Below are positions 24,143 to 33,259 of a DNA stretch of 40,126 nt, piece by piece. Numbering within the stretch: position 1 is the stretch's first letter; every line of letters begins with the position of its first letter. The notes beneath the pieces are model-generated. The model was given only the letters and a program-made list of their open reading frames with translations. It did no database searches and was not told the origin of the DNA. The position numbers were made by a program, and so were the translations under genes. Source of the DNA: a virus (Duplodnaviria > Caudoviricetes); the IMG/VR virus record IMGVR_UViG_3300032257_000041, positions 1-40,126 of that record; one strand, written 5' to 3'.

Positions 24143-24589
24143 TTATTTCGGCAATAATTCGCCGCCCCCTGCGTTTACTAATAATGAAAAACTAACCGTA
24201 TCAGACGCTATAACGTCATATGGCTGTTTTGTTAACCTGGTCCCTGCTCCTTGAATAACCTCATTTACAGTAATATCAAAATCAGAAGGTGTAGAAAATT
24301 TCCCATCAATAGAGAAAAGGTCACTATTTGCTGATGGTGTCACAAATGACCCGTGTGTTAAAACCGCTATACTGGATATATCAATACCGTAAATAGTCCC
24401 TTGCTTTAATGTTGCCCTATACGCTCCAACCCCTGTCCTTGTTAAGCTTGCTATATTGTACTCAGTCACAATAGTCGGATTTGCCGCCCCGTTGCCTGTA
24501 AAGGTCAACATCATCCCCTTTAATGCTGTGAATTCTAGAACATCCTTTTCTAGATTGGTTATCATTGATTTGAGCTTACCTTGCTGCAT
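24143..24589 (-). CDS. putative tail-needle knob / virion protein
   Basis: YNIASLTRTGVGAY motif seen in tail-fibre C-termini; position. Confidence 0.5.
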   Translation of the reverse strand: MQQGKLKSMITNLEKDVLEFTALKGMMLTFTGNGAANPTIVTEYNIASLTRTGVGAYRATLKQGTIYGIDISSIAVLTHGSFVTPSANSDLFSIDGKFSTPSDFDITVNEVIQGAGTRLTKQPYDVIASDTVSFSLLVNAGGGELLPK

Positions 24590-24592
24590 AGA

Positions 24593-24913
24593 TCACCATG
24601 AATAAATCATCTGTTCCAGTTTCTTGCGCTCAATCGTCGCAAGCTCGGCATACTGTAGAAACTCTCTTCTGTTGTTTGTTATCATGCTTTTGTTTTTCGA
24701 TATCGAGCCACTGTTGTTATAGTGTAATTGTGTCAATAACTTGTCTATCCGATCATCTCTTTCTTCTACGTTATCAACAGAAGCGGAAAGCAACGCGAAG
24801 TTACGGATAATATTTAAGTAATCCTCCACCATTGCATCGGGCCACCCGGTCAAGGTCTGAACCTCGCTGGCCGATAGGACTAGACTATTTAATCTTTCAG
24901 ATGTACTAGCCAT
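24593..24913 (-). CDS. putative tail-needle (gp26-position) protein
   Basis: Directly follows the gp10-like gene; helical. Confidence 0.5.
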   Translation of the reverse strand: MASTSERLNSLVLSASEVQTLTGWPDAMVEDYLNIIRNFALLSASVDNVEERDDRIDKLLTQLHYNNSGSISKNKSMITNNRREFLQYAELATIERKKLEQMIYSW

Positions 24914-26327
24914 GAGCTATTTTTGCAGCACCAAATCCCATTCGGGAGCGTGTTGCACCTCTTAACTTAATACCCACCCAGTCGCGAACATAACCAAGGC
25001 GACGAATAACAAAACGTTTCCCATAATCAGATGGCAAACCGTACATTTCAAACCATTCTGTTCCGTGGGTTATGCCATCATATGTCAAAGATATAGAAAC
25101 AACCCCGTCAGATGTGGTGGTATGGCCTGGCATGGTTTCAATCTCAAGCTCATCAATAGAGCTGTATTCAAGCTTCATAAACGGCGTGTTTAGCGTCCAT
25201 TCTGCTATCTCTTCGTATTGGGTCGATACAGTCTCATCCAGGACACCTATATTTGTACCCTGTTTGTCACCGTACACCCAGACCCCTTTCCTCGGCTCAA
25301 ATACCCCATGTATTGCTCTCCAAGGGGTTTTTTCTGTTCCTGTCTTTAGTATGGACCATGCATATTCATTACCTAAAACAGATGCAACTTTGGAGTTAAA
25401 CAGTAAAACCTCACTTGGAAGGTGTAATATTAAATACTGGTAATCATCTTCTACCCTGGCTTCGAGTGTGCAGGTACTCAATTCATTTTCGGTATATTTT
25501 CCTATGACCTTGTCCACTTCTCTGGAAGAGACTTTATTCACCGTTCCGACGCCGACTACATGAACCGCGACACCTTCCTCCTTTCTACCACCTAAGATAT
25601 AGAACTTATCCAGCATTTCAGCTTTGCAATGGGTCCCTACAATTCCTGCTTTTACCGCCCTGGTTTGGACTCTTTGAAAAGCAAAGTTTTCAGATGCGTC
25701 ATTAATAAAGTATTCAATAGTGTATCGTCCAAAGGCCATCACCTTGTTATCGATGGTCTTTGCAACCCCAATGGTAGGATCAGGAGAGAACTCAGCGGTA
25801 GCGAACTTAAGCGGGTCAATTGCGGATTCATCCGCTAAATCAGTATGATATAGGTATTCGCCATCAGTAAAAAAGTAATATCCGTCTACCCATACACAAT
25901 CAATCGGATCACCTAAATCTGGATCGGTTACTTCCCTAAACCCGTTAGATGGGTCATAGAGGTAAAATCGACCATCTGCGACAATCCCCTGAGTATTGAA
26001 CGAATAAGGCATAGAGACTTTATCAGTCCCGCTGATAGCGCCTAAAATAGCAGTATTTCCGCTGGCGTCTATTTCAATCAATGACCCGCCATCAATCGGA
26101 TTGGCTCCAGATACGCGAAAATGGTTTGATAGTCGCTCATTCCACAAACCACCACGGTCAAGACCCACGCCATCGCTGTACTTTGTGAGTCCTGGCTGTT
26201 GAAGCATATACCCATCAGCTCCAAGAATAGGACGTACAACACCGGACATATTCTCTGGCAAATAGTCTCGATAATCGGTTTCAAATCCGATTTTGTCGCC
26301 TTTTATGAATGTGATTGGTGATTCCAT
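24906..26327 (-). CDS. Packaged-DNA stabilisation / tail hub protein (P22 gp10-like)
   Basis: DY.D.LP.NM, PGL, AE.SPD, TIEYF, RRLG.VR motifs; 473 aa. Confidence 0.9.
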   Translation of the reverse strand: MESPITFIKGDKIGFETDYRDYLPENMSGVVRPILGADGYMLQQPGLTKYSDGVGLDRGGLWNERLSNHFRVSGANPIDGGSLIEIDASGNTAILGAISGTDKVSMPYSFNTQGIVADGRFYLYDPSNGFREVTDPDLGDPIDCVWVDGYYFFTDGEYLYHTDLADESAIDPLKFATAEFSPDPTIGVAKTIDNKVMAFGRYTIEYFINDASENFAFQRVQTRAVKAGIVGTHCKAEMLDKFYILGGRKEEGVAVHVVGVGTVNKVSSREVDKVIGKYTENELSTCTLEARVEDDYQYLILHLPSEVLLFNSKVASVLGNEYAWSILKTGTEKTPWRAIHGVFEPRKGVWVYGDKQGTNIGVLDETVSTQYEEIAEWTLNTPFMKLEYSSIDELEIETMPGHTTTSDGVVSISLTYDGITHGTEWFEMYGLPSDYGKRFVIRRLGYVRDWVGIKLRGATRSRMGFGAAKIAHG

Positions 26328-27112
26328 CAGAACGAATTCGCTAAAGATTGGAGGAATTTATTCTCTATTAGCTGGACTGTGTAATTGATTCTTACTTGTG
26401 CATTTTGCGCATTTGCTTTCGCGACCACTTTTACATCTGTTTTTTCTTTTAAATTCCCCACAAACGGATCGAAACTAATTGCAGCGAAAGTGCCTGATAT
26501 TTCAACATCGTTTCCATAAACGAATATTTCATCAGGTATTCTTGTACCAAAGGCAAGAATAAATGCGTCATTAACGCCGCCCGAGGTATGGGCCTGAGTT
26601 ATGAATCCAGTATAACCAAGTGGAATAGTAGTCATTGATAAAGTAGAAATATTATCACCTACAGCAATTTGAGCCTGTAAAACGGCTCCCGCTGATGCGG
26701 TTATCGTCCCAACGGCTGTGACATTTGGATCGGTTGCGTTCGGTTTGGATGCGATTACCTCAAAAACACGTAAATATGAATTAACTGTGTTTACTGGGGT
26801 AATACCGTTTAGGGCAACGGTTTCAGAGATGGGAATGTAATTACCGTCCAAACCTCTGACAATTACATACTCTATCCCTGCCCCGCCTACCGTGTCGCTG
26901 GCACTGGTAGAAACAATCGTCAATATAGAGGCTGCGCTTAAATATTGAAGTCTTCCACCTGGCCCCCATACGTCCTCAAGTGTTGTTGTGTCTACCTCGG
27001 GGTTAGATCCTAGTACGCTATATGAGTAAACCTTGTTAGATAGACTTGAAGTAATGGCGGCTTTTGCTAAATGTCCGTCTAACGATCCATAGTTCCTGAT
27101 ATTACGATCCAT
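26327..27112 (-). CDS. beta-rich virion-associated protein (putative)
   Basis: Inserted between the gp4-like and gp10-like genes. Confidence 0.6.
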   Translation of the reverse strand: MDRNIRNYGSLDGHLAKAAITSSLSNKVYSYSVLGSNPEVDTTTLEDVWGPGGRLQYLSAASILTIVSTSASDTVGGAGIEYVIVRGLDGNYIPISETVALNGITPVNTVNSYLRVFEVIASKPNATDPNVTAVGTITASAGAVLQAQIAVGDNISTLSMTTIPLGYTGFITQAHTSGGVNDAFILAFGTRIPDEIFVYGNDVEISGTFAAISFDPFVGNLKEKTDVKVVAKANAQNAQVRINYTVQLIENKFLQSLANSF

Positions 27113-27833
27113 TGCCTATCACCTGAAATTCAACCACGCGGGTTGTCTTTCGTCCTGTGTTGGTTGTTATGTCAAAAGTGACAAATTGAAGGCTTCCTGT
27201 GACTGTGTTGCCACTTATAGCCTCTACTCTATAGTCAATGTTGTTTCCATTGATAACGTCATTAGTTACGGTCAAACCGTTTGTAGCTTCCTTAGTAAAG
27301 GACTGGATTGTTTCCCCTGACAGATAAGCCTCGAATGGTTCGGTAAAGTCCTCGATATTCCCTACAGCAAGTGTGTGGCTCGAGCATGAATTATCAGGTA
27401 GTACGGTATGAGGATAAAAGCGCCTCCACCATGAGTATCTTAATGAGTTTGCATTCCCTACAGGCTGTCTGCTTGGGTATGGAACCTGGTTCATCCTTTG
27501 TCTAGCGCTGTATCCAGAAGCGTTAGAAAGCGACTGACTAGCTTGAAATACTAAAGTTGTGGTGGGTTCTTTGTTAAAATCGGGTACTACACGGACCGCG
27601 AGATTAGTCTGCATCATGTGATCAAACTGCCGACTTACTCCGGTTTCTGAATTGGCGTCCGGCACTTCTTCAAAATTGTAATTAAGACAGATATTTCTTG
27701 AATAAAGCTCGGCCATCATAGTTTCAAGACGTTCTAATGCAAGTTCTACGTCTTCTGGCCCTGGCTGTATCGTTAGCCCAGATATGCGCACTTGGCTGTA
27801 TGCGCCTTTGACCACCTCTATTTTTGTAGACAT
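27102..27833 (-). CDS. Head-tail adaptor (P22 gp4-like) with a C-terminal extension
   Basis: TK..VV..A, LE.MMAE, NLAVR..PD, YP.R.P.G. Confidence 0.85.
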   Translation of the reverse strand: MSTKIEVVKGAYSQVRISGLTIQPGPEDVELALERLETMMAELYSRNICLNYNFEEVPDANSETGVSRQFDHMMQTNLAVRVVPDFNKEPTTTLVFQASQSLSNASGYSARQRMNQVPYPSRQPVGNANSLRYSWWRRFYPHTVLPDNSCSSHTLAVGNIEDFTEPFEAYLSGETIQSFTKEATNGLTVTNDVINGNNIDYRVEAISGNTVTGSLQFVTFDITTNTGRKTTRVVEFQVIGNGS

Positions 27834-28022
27834 TTATTCGGCCTTTTTTGAGGCTTTCTTTTTACTTGTCTTTTTCGGTGTTTCGTCATAAAGGCCGTCT
27901 AATTCTGTACTCCAGCCCTCTTTTAACATGGGTTCCAGTTCGTTTGCATCAAACAGACCCATCTCACACTTAACACCTTTAACCGTGTGTTTAATTCCTG
28001 GTTTATATAGGACGATAGACAT
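27834..28022 (-). CDS. small protein following the coat gene
   Basis: LYKPG...L.EGW, basic tail; common at this position in P22-like phages. Confidence 0.7.
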   Translation of the reverse strand: MSIVLYKPGIKHTVKGVKCEMGLFDANELEPMLKEGWSTELDGLYDETPKKTSKKKASKKAE

Positions 28023-28034
28023 ATTAACTTCCTT

Positions 28035-28060
28035 AAAAAAGAACCCCGCCGAAGCGGGGC
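28035..28060 (-). terminator. Intrinsic terminator after the coat gene
   Basis: GCCCCGC-TTCG-GCGGGGT followed by a T-tract. Confidence 0.85.
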
Positions 28061-28066
28061 GTTAGT

Positions 28067-29347
28067 TTAAAGCGTAGTGAATACGCCGTTAGCAGATGGG
28101 TTTTTGTTAGTTAACCCGTACCATGTGAAGATCCTGAAACGCACATTTAATGTGGCGATGTTGCCATCGTAAATCATGTACATATTGAGGCCGTTCTTTA
28201 AGGTGTGTGGAATAACGCGCATACCATCGAACTGACTTAACAGCTCCATAGGAACGTCACCACCTGTCACTTCAACAGAAGACTTATCAAAGAAGATATT
28301 AGTCTTTGCTGATGCTGTGGTGTTGACACGGTTCATTGTTGCGCCTGATCCGATCTGCGTGTCGATGTTTGCATAAGCTTTCTCTATTGTAGAAAGAGCG
28401 GCATCATCGGCGGCGATTGGTTTAGGCCATACAGTAACAGAGGTTCCGTTAGGAATCGTCATAATAGTGAACGTCATTGCTTGGCCAGATGGGTTTTTGT
28501 CGGCAAGTCCTAAAGACTGAACCGCCGCGCCACTATTTGCGAAGGTAACGCGATCCCCTACTGCGTAGCCTGCTGATGCAGTTACCGCAATAGCTCCAGA
28601 GGTACGATAATCAACGTTTGTGACCACTAACGAAAGAGGGTCAACCGATCCGCCTTCTGGCTTTTCACTTACTGCCGCTGTAGTGGTAGTTGCTGGATCA
28701 GCGCCACCGGCAAGGTTAGGCAAGAAAGACCCCGTAAACACATCAAACTCGGCGATATTCTGACCGATTTGACCTGTTGACCAAGTATCCTCAGGGCGTC
28801 CCTGTAACGTCTGACGGGCTGCCAGGTCTTTGCCGTATTTAAGGGTATCACGGTCATTTAAAACCGTATAACGCATATCGGCCATTGTTTGACGCTCGTT
28901 CATAATGGCTTGAGCTTCTGCAATTGCATCATATCCACTGGTAGCGTTGGTCTGAAAAAACATTGAACCAGTATTAGCGATTAATGCGGCAATACCTTTG
29001 TTTAACTCTGTTGCCTGACGTTTGCCGGACTGTTCGCCGCGTCGTTCCCAGAAGGTACGGTCGCGCATATTATCAATGCGCTGTTCAACAAAGTCATTTT
29101 TGGGAGTGCCAAGAATCGCGGGGTAGGTTTCTTCGATGATTCCGGTTTCTTGTCCGGTCAAATCAAAGCCTTCGATGATTGGCGCGTGTTGTTGGACTGG
29201 ACGCCATACGACGTTGCCAGCATTTTGTGATGTTCCGCTGTCCGGTTTGAAAAAGTCAACCATATCAAGCATTTGCATTTGATGCTCGTATGTTTCAATC
29301 ACCTTTTCAAAATAGACTTCTGCGATCTTACCTGTACTTAAAGCCAT
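28067..29347 (-). CDS. Major capsid protein (P22 coat-like)
   Basis: 426 aa; WRPVQQ, G.D.T, P.ND, AYAN, WYG motifs; synteny. Confidence 0.92.
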   Translation of the reverse strand: MALSTGKIAEVYFEKVIETYEHQMQMLDMVDFFKPDSGTSQNAGNVVWRPVQQHAPIIEGFDLTGQETGIIEETYPAILGTPKNDFVEQRIDNMRDRTFWERRGEQSGKRQATELNKGIAALIANTGSMFFQTNATSGYDAIAEAQAIMNERQTMADMRYTVLNDRDTLKYGKDLAARQTLQGRPEDTWSTGQIGQNIAEFDVFTGSFLPNLAGGADPATTTTAAVSEKPEGGSVDPLSLVVTNVDYRTSGAIAVTASAGYAVGDRVTFANSGAAVQSLGLADKNPSGQAMTFTIMTIPNGTSVTVWPKPIAADDAALSTIEKAYANIDTQIGSGATMNRVNTTASAKTNIFFDKSSVEVTGGDVPMELLSQFDGMRVIPHTLKNGLNMYMIYDGNIATLNVRFRIFTWYGLTNKNPSANGVFTTL

Positions 29348-29362
29348 GATGAGCCCCTATTA

Positions 29363-30391
29363 TTACCAGTTAGAAGTATCGGCTCCTGAGTTTTTCGCTT
29401 GCAATTTGAGATTGAAGGCATCAGAGAATTTACCGTTTTTATGGGCCGCATCGTATTTCTTCTTCAATGCGCTTGAACTCTCTGTCAGCTTTGCGTCACC
29501 TTTTAATTGCGTGCTTGGCTCTGGGGCCGTCGTTTTACGCTTTTTAGGTGCAATCAAGTCTTTTTTAAGTTCCCCAAGGTATATGCCTGCAGCTATTCCG
29601 CTGGTATCGTCTTGCAGTAAAGCTTTAAACTTTGCGCGACGTTCTGCGTTAACTCCAAGGCTGTAAAATACCTTTTCTGAACCATCCCCGAGCTTTGATA
29701 TAAATGCATCTGTTACCACATCACCGGAGCCAGGAAAAATGGTGTCTACCATCTGTCTCACCTGATAATCGGCGTTTTGATAAGCTTCGGCACTAATACC
29801 CGTTTTCTCGGATAACTTAACTGCTGCCTCGTAGTGCTTCTCAACGGCTTGCTCAGTCTGTTGCTTAACTTGCTGCTGTTTTTCGCTTAACTCTTCATTG
29901 GCTCGCTTCGCGTCCCGTTCTGCGTTGGCTTTTTTAACCTTGTAATCCGTTAAGGCTTCAAAATACGCCTCATCAGGATCGTCAGACTCATAAAAGTCCT
30001 CGCGTTTTGGTCTGTTTAGCTCGCCTGGCTGAGTCTTCGGTTTTTCCAGCTCGGCAATTCGTGCTTTTAACTGTTCATTCTCGTCGTTTTTCCGTTCCAG
30101 TTTCGCTCGGATTTTGGCTTTAGCCTTTCCGATATCGCTATCTGTAAACTTCTTTTCAGCACCGTCTGATGTATGGCCATCAGGTTTCATCCAGTCTTCA
30201 GTTTCAGATTCTTCGGTTTCTTCCTCGGTAGGTTCCGCAACCCCGTTGGCTTCTTCCGTTTCCTCGTCTACCGCGTCAACTTCCTCTTCCGTTTCAACCT
30301 CTTGCGGTATTGGTTGATCTTCCGTTTCCGTTTCTGCGTTTTCCGCTTTCAGTTCTTCCAGCGTTAGCATTGCGCTTTCAGTTTTAGCCAT
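29363..30391 (-). CDS. Scaffolding protein
   Basis: Acidic N-terminus, coiled coil, C-terminal helix-turn-helix; located before the coat gene. Confidence 0.85.
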   Translation of the reverse strand: MAKTESAMLTLEELKAENAETETEDQPIPQEVETEEEVDAVDEETEEANGVAEPTEEETEESETEDWMKPDGHTSDGAEKKFTDSDIGKAKAKIRAKLERKNDENEQLKARIAELEKPKTQPGELNRPKREDFYESDDPDEAYFEALTDYKVKKANAERDAKRANEELSEKQQQVKQQTEQAVEKHYEAAVKLSEKTGISAEAYQNADYQVRQMVDTIFPGSGDVVTDAFISKLGDGSEKVFYSLGVNAERRAKFKALLQDDTSGIAAGIYLGELKKDLIAPKKRKTTAPEPSTQLKGDAKLTESSSALKKKYDAAHKNGKFSDAFNLKLQAKNSGADTSNW

Positions 30392-30486
30392 AATTTTCAC
30401 TCGTTTGGTAACGATAAAGCCCTATATGCCTTATAGGTAAGGTCGCTTTTGCCTGTGTGCTCAGTACTTATATTATGTACTATCGT

Positions 30487-30515
30487 TTGAAAGTTGTTGT
30501 TTTAAGTCATATACT
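30487..30515 (+). promoter_or_regulatory. sigma70-type promoter, antisense to the head operon
   Basis: TTGAAA-17-TATACT. Confidence 0.6.
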
Positions 30516-30546
30516 TATACCTGACTTCCCCTACAGGTACGCGCAT

Positions 30547-30714
30547 ATGGAACAACTAAAGAAGCCTAAGAAATTCACAGCATTCAATTTCAAACTACAG
30601 CCAGCCATCGTCTACAGGACGGCTGATTTAGAAGGGGTTGTCGAGATAGAACATTCACATTACCCACATAAGCAGATATTTTTAGTATCAAAGAATAGAG
30701 AAACCAATGAATAA
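30547..30714 (+). CDS. 55-aa hypothetical protein
   Basis: ATG downstream of the promoter. Confidence 0.6.
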   Translation: MEQLKKPKKFTAFNFKLQPAIVYRTADLEGVVEIEHSHYPHKQIFLVSKNRETNE

Positions 30715-30874
30715 GCCAACAATAGAAGAGATTGAAACACACATAGAAAAAACCGGAAAAGCAATCAAGCAATTCCGGGAGCTCTCAAAGGAATACGGCC
30801 ATAAAGCCGAAGAGTTAGCGAGAAGTAGAAAACAATTAAAACGACAATTAAAGACCGCTATTCGACTGACTTAG
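30707..30874 (+). CDS. 55-aa basic coiled-coil protein
   Basis: MNKPTIEEIETHIEK... (manually translated); overlaps the previous ORF end. Confidence 0.5.
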   Translation: MNKPTIEEIETHIEKTGKAIKQFRELSKEYGHKAEELARSRKQLKRQLKTAIRLT

Positions 30875-31151
30875 TGTCAACCGTGATTGCTGGATCTGGC
30901 GTTGTTGTTCCAGCTACATTCACCATTAATTCTGCATCACGTCCTACGCCCTCAAGGAATGGCGTACCCGCGCCCGTGAAGGTTATTGGTGAGCCTGCCA
31001 AATCTGTTAGAGCTTGAAACGAACCAGAAGCGCCACGAATACCGACGGTTAAAGTCGTCCCCGCAAATGTACCGCTGATATATACAGTAGTAGACTTGGC
31101 TTTATTGCTCTTAATCAGCGTGTAATCGCCGTCTCCTGTGATTGTAATCAT
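30858..31151 (-). CDS. small beta-sandwich virion/decoration protein (putative)
   Basis: SGTFAG.T motif; coupled to the portal gene. Confidence 0.6.
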   Translation of the reverse strand: MITITGDGDYTLIKSNKAKSTTVYISGTFAGTTLTVGIRGASGSFQALTDLAGSPITFTGAGTPFLEGVGRDAELMVNVAGTTTPDPAITVDTKSVE

Positions 31152-33259
31152 TGTGCTACCTCGTATCTTTGGTTAATTTGCGCTCTAAATGAGGCAGTTT
31201 TAGTCAAATTATCAATCTTTTTACCCATCGCATCAGCCCGTTTGTAGTCGATTTCTGCCCCGGCTTTCTCGGCGTTCACCTGGGCATTTGCTCTGTCTGT
31301 CTGTGCTTTGTAGGCGTTTATCTGGGTGTTCGCATTATCATTCTGTGCTTTCGCTGCAGCCGTCTGAGCGTCTAGCTGTACCTTCATCTGGTCGGCTTTT
31401 GCTTTTTCCATTTCGGCCATTGCTAACAGTGTGGCGGCATCAGGCTTTTGATTCTGCTGTGACTGCATAAGGAGTTGCTCTTCCTCTGGCGTTTCTGGTT
31501 TTTTATGTCCGCTTATGATTAATTCTTTACGCGCATTTTCCCGGATATCGTCCATTGCTATTCCGTCCATCAATGTAAGCTGTTGTAATCTCAATGATTT
31601 ACTCATAGCCGGATCGGTTGCGGCTAGTTCGTTTGCCATCTCACCCAATTGCTCTCGGGTTTCCTCTTTCTTGGTTGAATAACTGGGGCCGATTTCTGCA
31701 AAGACATCAAAGGCAGAATTTGTCAGATCGTTTAATACAACCATTTCGCCCGAGTCCTTGTCTAAAGTAGCTTCCATCACCTCAACAGACTTGCGCGTAC
31801 CATCAGGGAGCGTGATATTAACCTTTCGTGGGGCGTCATATACTACCGAAGCCATAGACGCATAAATGACCGCATCCCTTCGTTTAGCGTGCTTCCTGTG
31901 GTCTTGGTAGAGCGTAGTTTCCTGATCCATCATCGAATTAAGCTCTCGTAGTGCCTTACCGCTCAAATCAATGTCGGCTAAATCTTTAGGCATACCGGGA
32001 GAGAGAACATCATTAAAAGCGTTCCTGGTTTCTCCAATGGACATGATTAGCGAATCAGGAACTTTTTGTTCTGGTAGCTCTCCGGGTGGTCCTGGTGGTA
32101 ACGGTTCACCATTTGCCGTGGTGCGATTCATCAGAAGATATGGGTAGTTATTATCCGCCCCTGATGTTTCGTACATGTACTCGTATCCTTGAACCTGTTC
32201 AGGATAGAATATTGGTTTGTTACGTGGAGACCGAGAGACAATATCAGCCAAATAGGAAAGCTGGAAATCTCTCAATCTCTGAGGGTCTTTGGCTATTCTG
32301 GTTATGCCTTCGTAGTGCTCCTCGTCTTCGATGTACGCACGCTCTCCATAAATCGGTACAACTGGGATTTCTTCACCTGCAATCACTTGAGAGTCGAGGA
32401 TGCGTTCGCCTGATGCGATGTAAAGCGTAACTTGATAGCGTTCGATTACTTTCTCATTAACAATCCTATAACCGTCTTCTAGCAGGTCATCCATAATATC
32501 ATCTAGATCGGACTCCCTGAGGATAATCGGCTGACCGAGCGGGTCTTCAAAGGTTAAAACTTTGTCTTTTACCTTCTCCCGGTGGTGGAATCGGGTCACA
32601 TAGATGACGGCGCTTTGACCACCTAACCACGGGAATGTGTAGGATATTTGCGGCGTATTAAACGATCCGGCATCTATTCCGGTTATCTCTTCCCCGGTTA
32701 ACTCAAATACCAGTGATTTATACCCATCTTCTGAGTAAGAGACTAGTTCTGATACATAATCGGCGTCTGATTTGTCTAATAGCTTGGCGTTTGGGTCCCA
32801 GAATAATTTATTATTAGCCTCGTAAATAGGTTTACGTCTAATCACCTGGTTATCATCACCAGCCCGGTTAGTTTCGTATTTCGTACACAGTTCCCACGCA
32901 CCCACGCCACAAACAACAGCCTCCTGCTCGGCGTTCTGGTACGATTCCACTGATTCATTTCGTCTATCATCTGCCCTGTACAGCCCATCAAGGAAGTCTG
33001 CGCCGTCGCTTCTCTCTTCGTCTACTGGCTCGAAGTCTACCTGTGTTGGGTTGGCGTTAAGCATCTGTTTGATTCTTCGGCCTGCCTTCTTGAGCATGTC
33101 GAATTCGCCACGATAGGCCAATTGTGATTCGTCAAGGCTTGTCGCATCCCAGTGTGTCACATGGTAAAAAACAAGATCGTCTGATGCCCGTTCTCTTGTG
33201 ACCTTATTGTTTGTATATGCTTTGTCATGTAGTCTTTTTAGTTCGTCAAGTTCAAGCAT
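31148..33259 (-). CDS. Portal protein (P22 gp1-like)
   Basis: YRGEFD, G.GAW.L, IAGE.IP.VP.YGE, KDPQRL, GPSY motifs; long helical C-terminus. Confidence 0.95.
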   Translation of the reverse strand: MLELDELKRLHDKAYTNNKVTRERASDDLVFYHVTHWDATSLDESQLAYRGEFDMLKKAGRRIKQMLNANPTQVDFEPVDEERSDGADFLDGLYRADDRRNESVESYQNAEQEAVVCGVGAWELCTKYETNRAGDDNQVIRRKPIYEANNKLFWDPNAKLLDKSDADYVSELVSYSEDGYKSLVFELTGEEITGIDAGSFNTPQISYTFPWLGGQSAVIYVTRFHHREKVKDKVLTFEDPLGQPIILRESDLDDIMDDLLEDGYRIVNEKVIERYQVTLYIASGERILDSQVIAGEEIPVVPIYGERAYIEDEEHYEGITRIAKDPQRLRDFQLSYLADIVSRSPRNKPIFYPEQVQGYEYMYETSGADNNYPYLLMNRTTANGEPLPPGPPGELPEQKVPDSLIMSIGETRNAFNDVLSPGMPKDLADIDLSGKALRELNSMMDQETTLYQDHRKHAKRRDAVIYASMASVVYDAPRKVNITLPDGTRKSVEVMEATLDKDSGEMVVLNDLTNSAFDVFAEIGPSYSTKKEETREQLGEMANELAATDPAMSKSLRLQQLTLMDGIAMDDIRENARKELIISGHKKPETPEEEQLLMQSQQNQKPDAATLLAMAEMEKAKADQMKVQLDAQTAAAKAQNDNANTQINAYKAQTDRANAQVNAEKAGAEIDYKRADAMGKKIDNLTKTASFRAQINQRYEVAQ

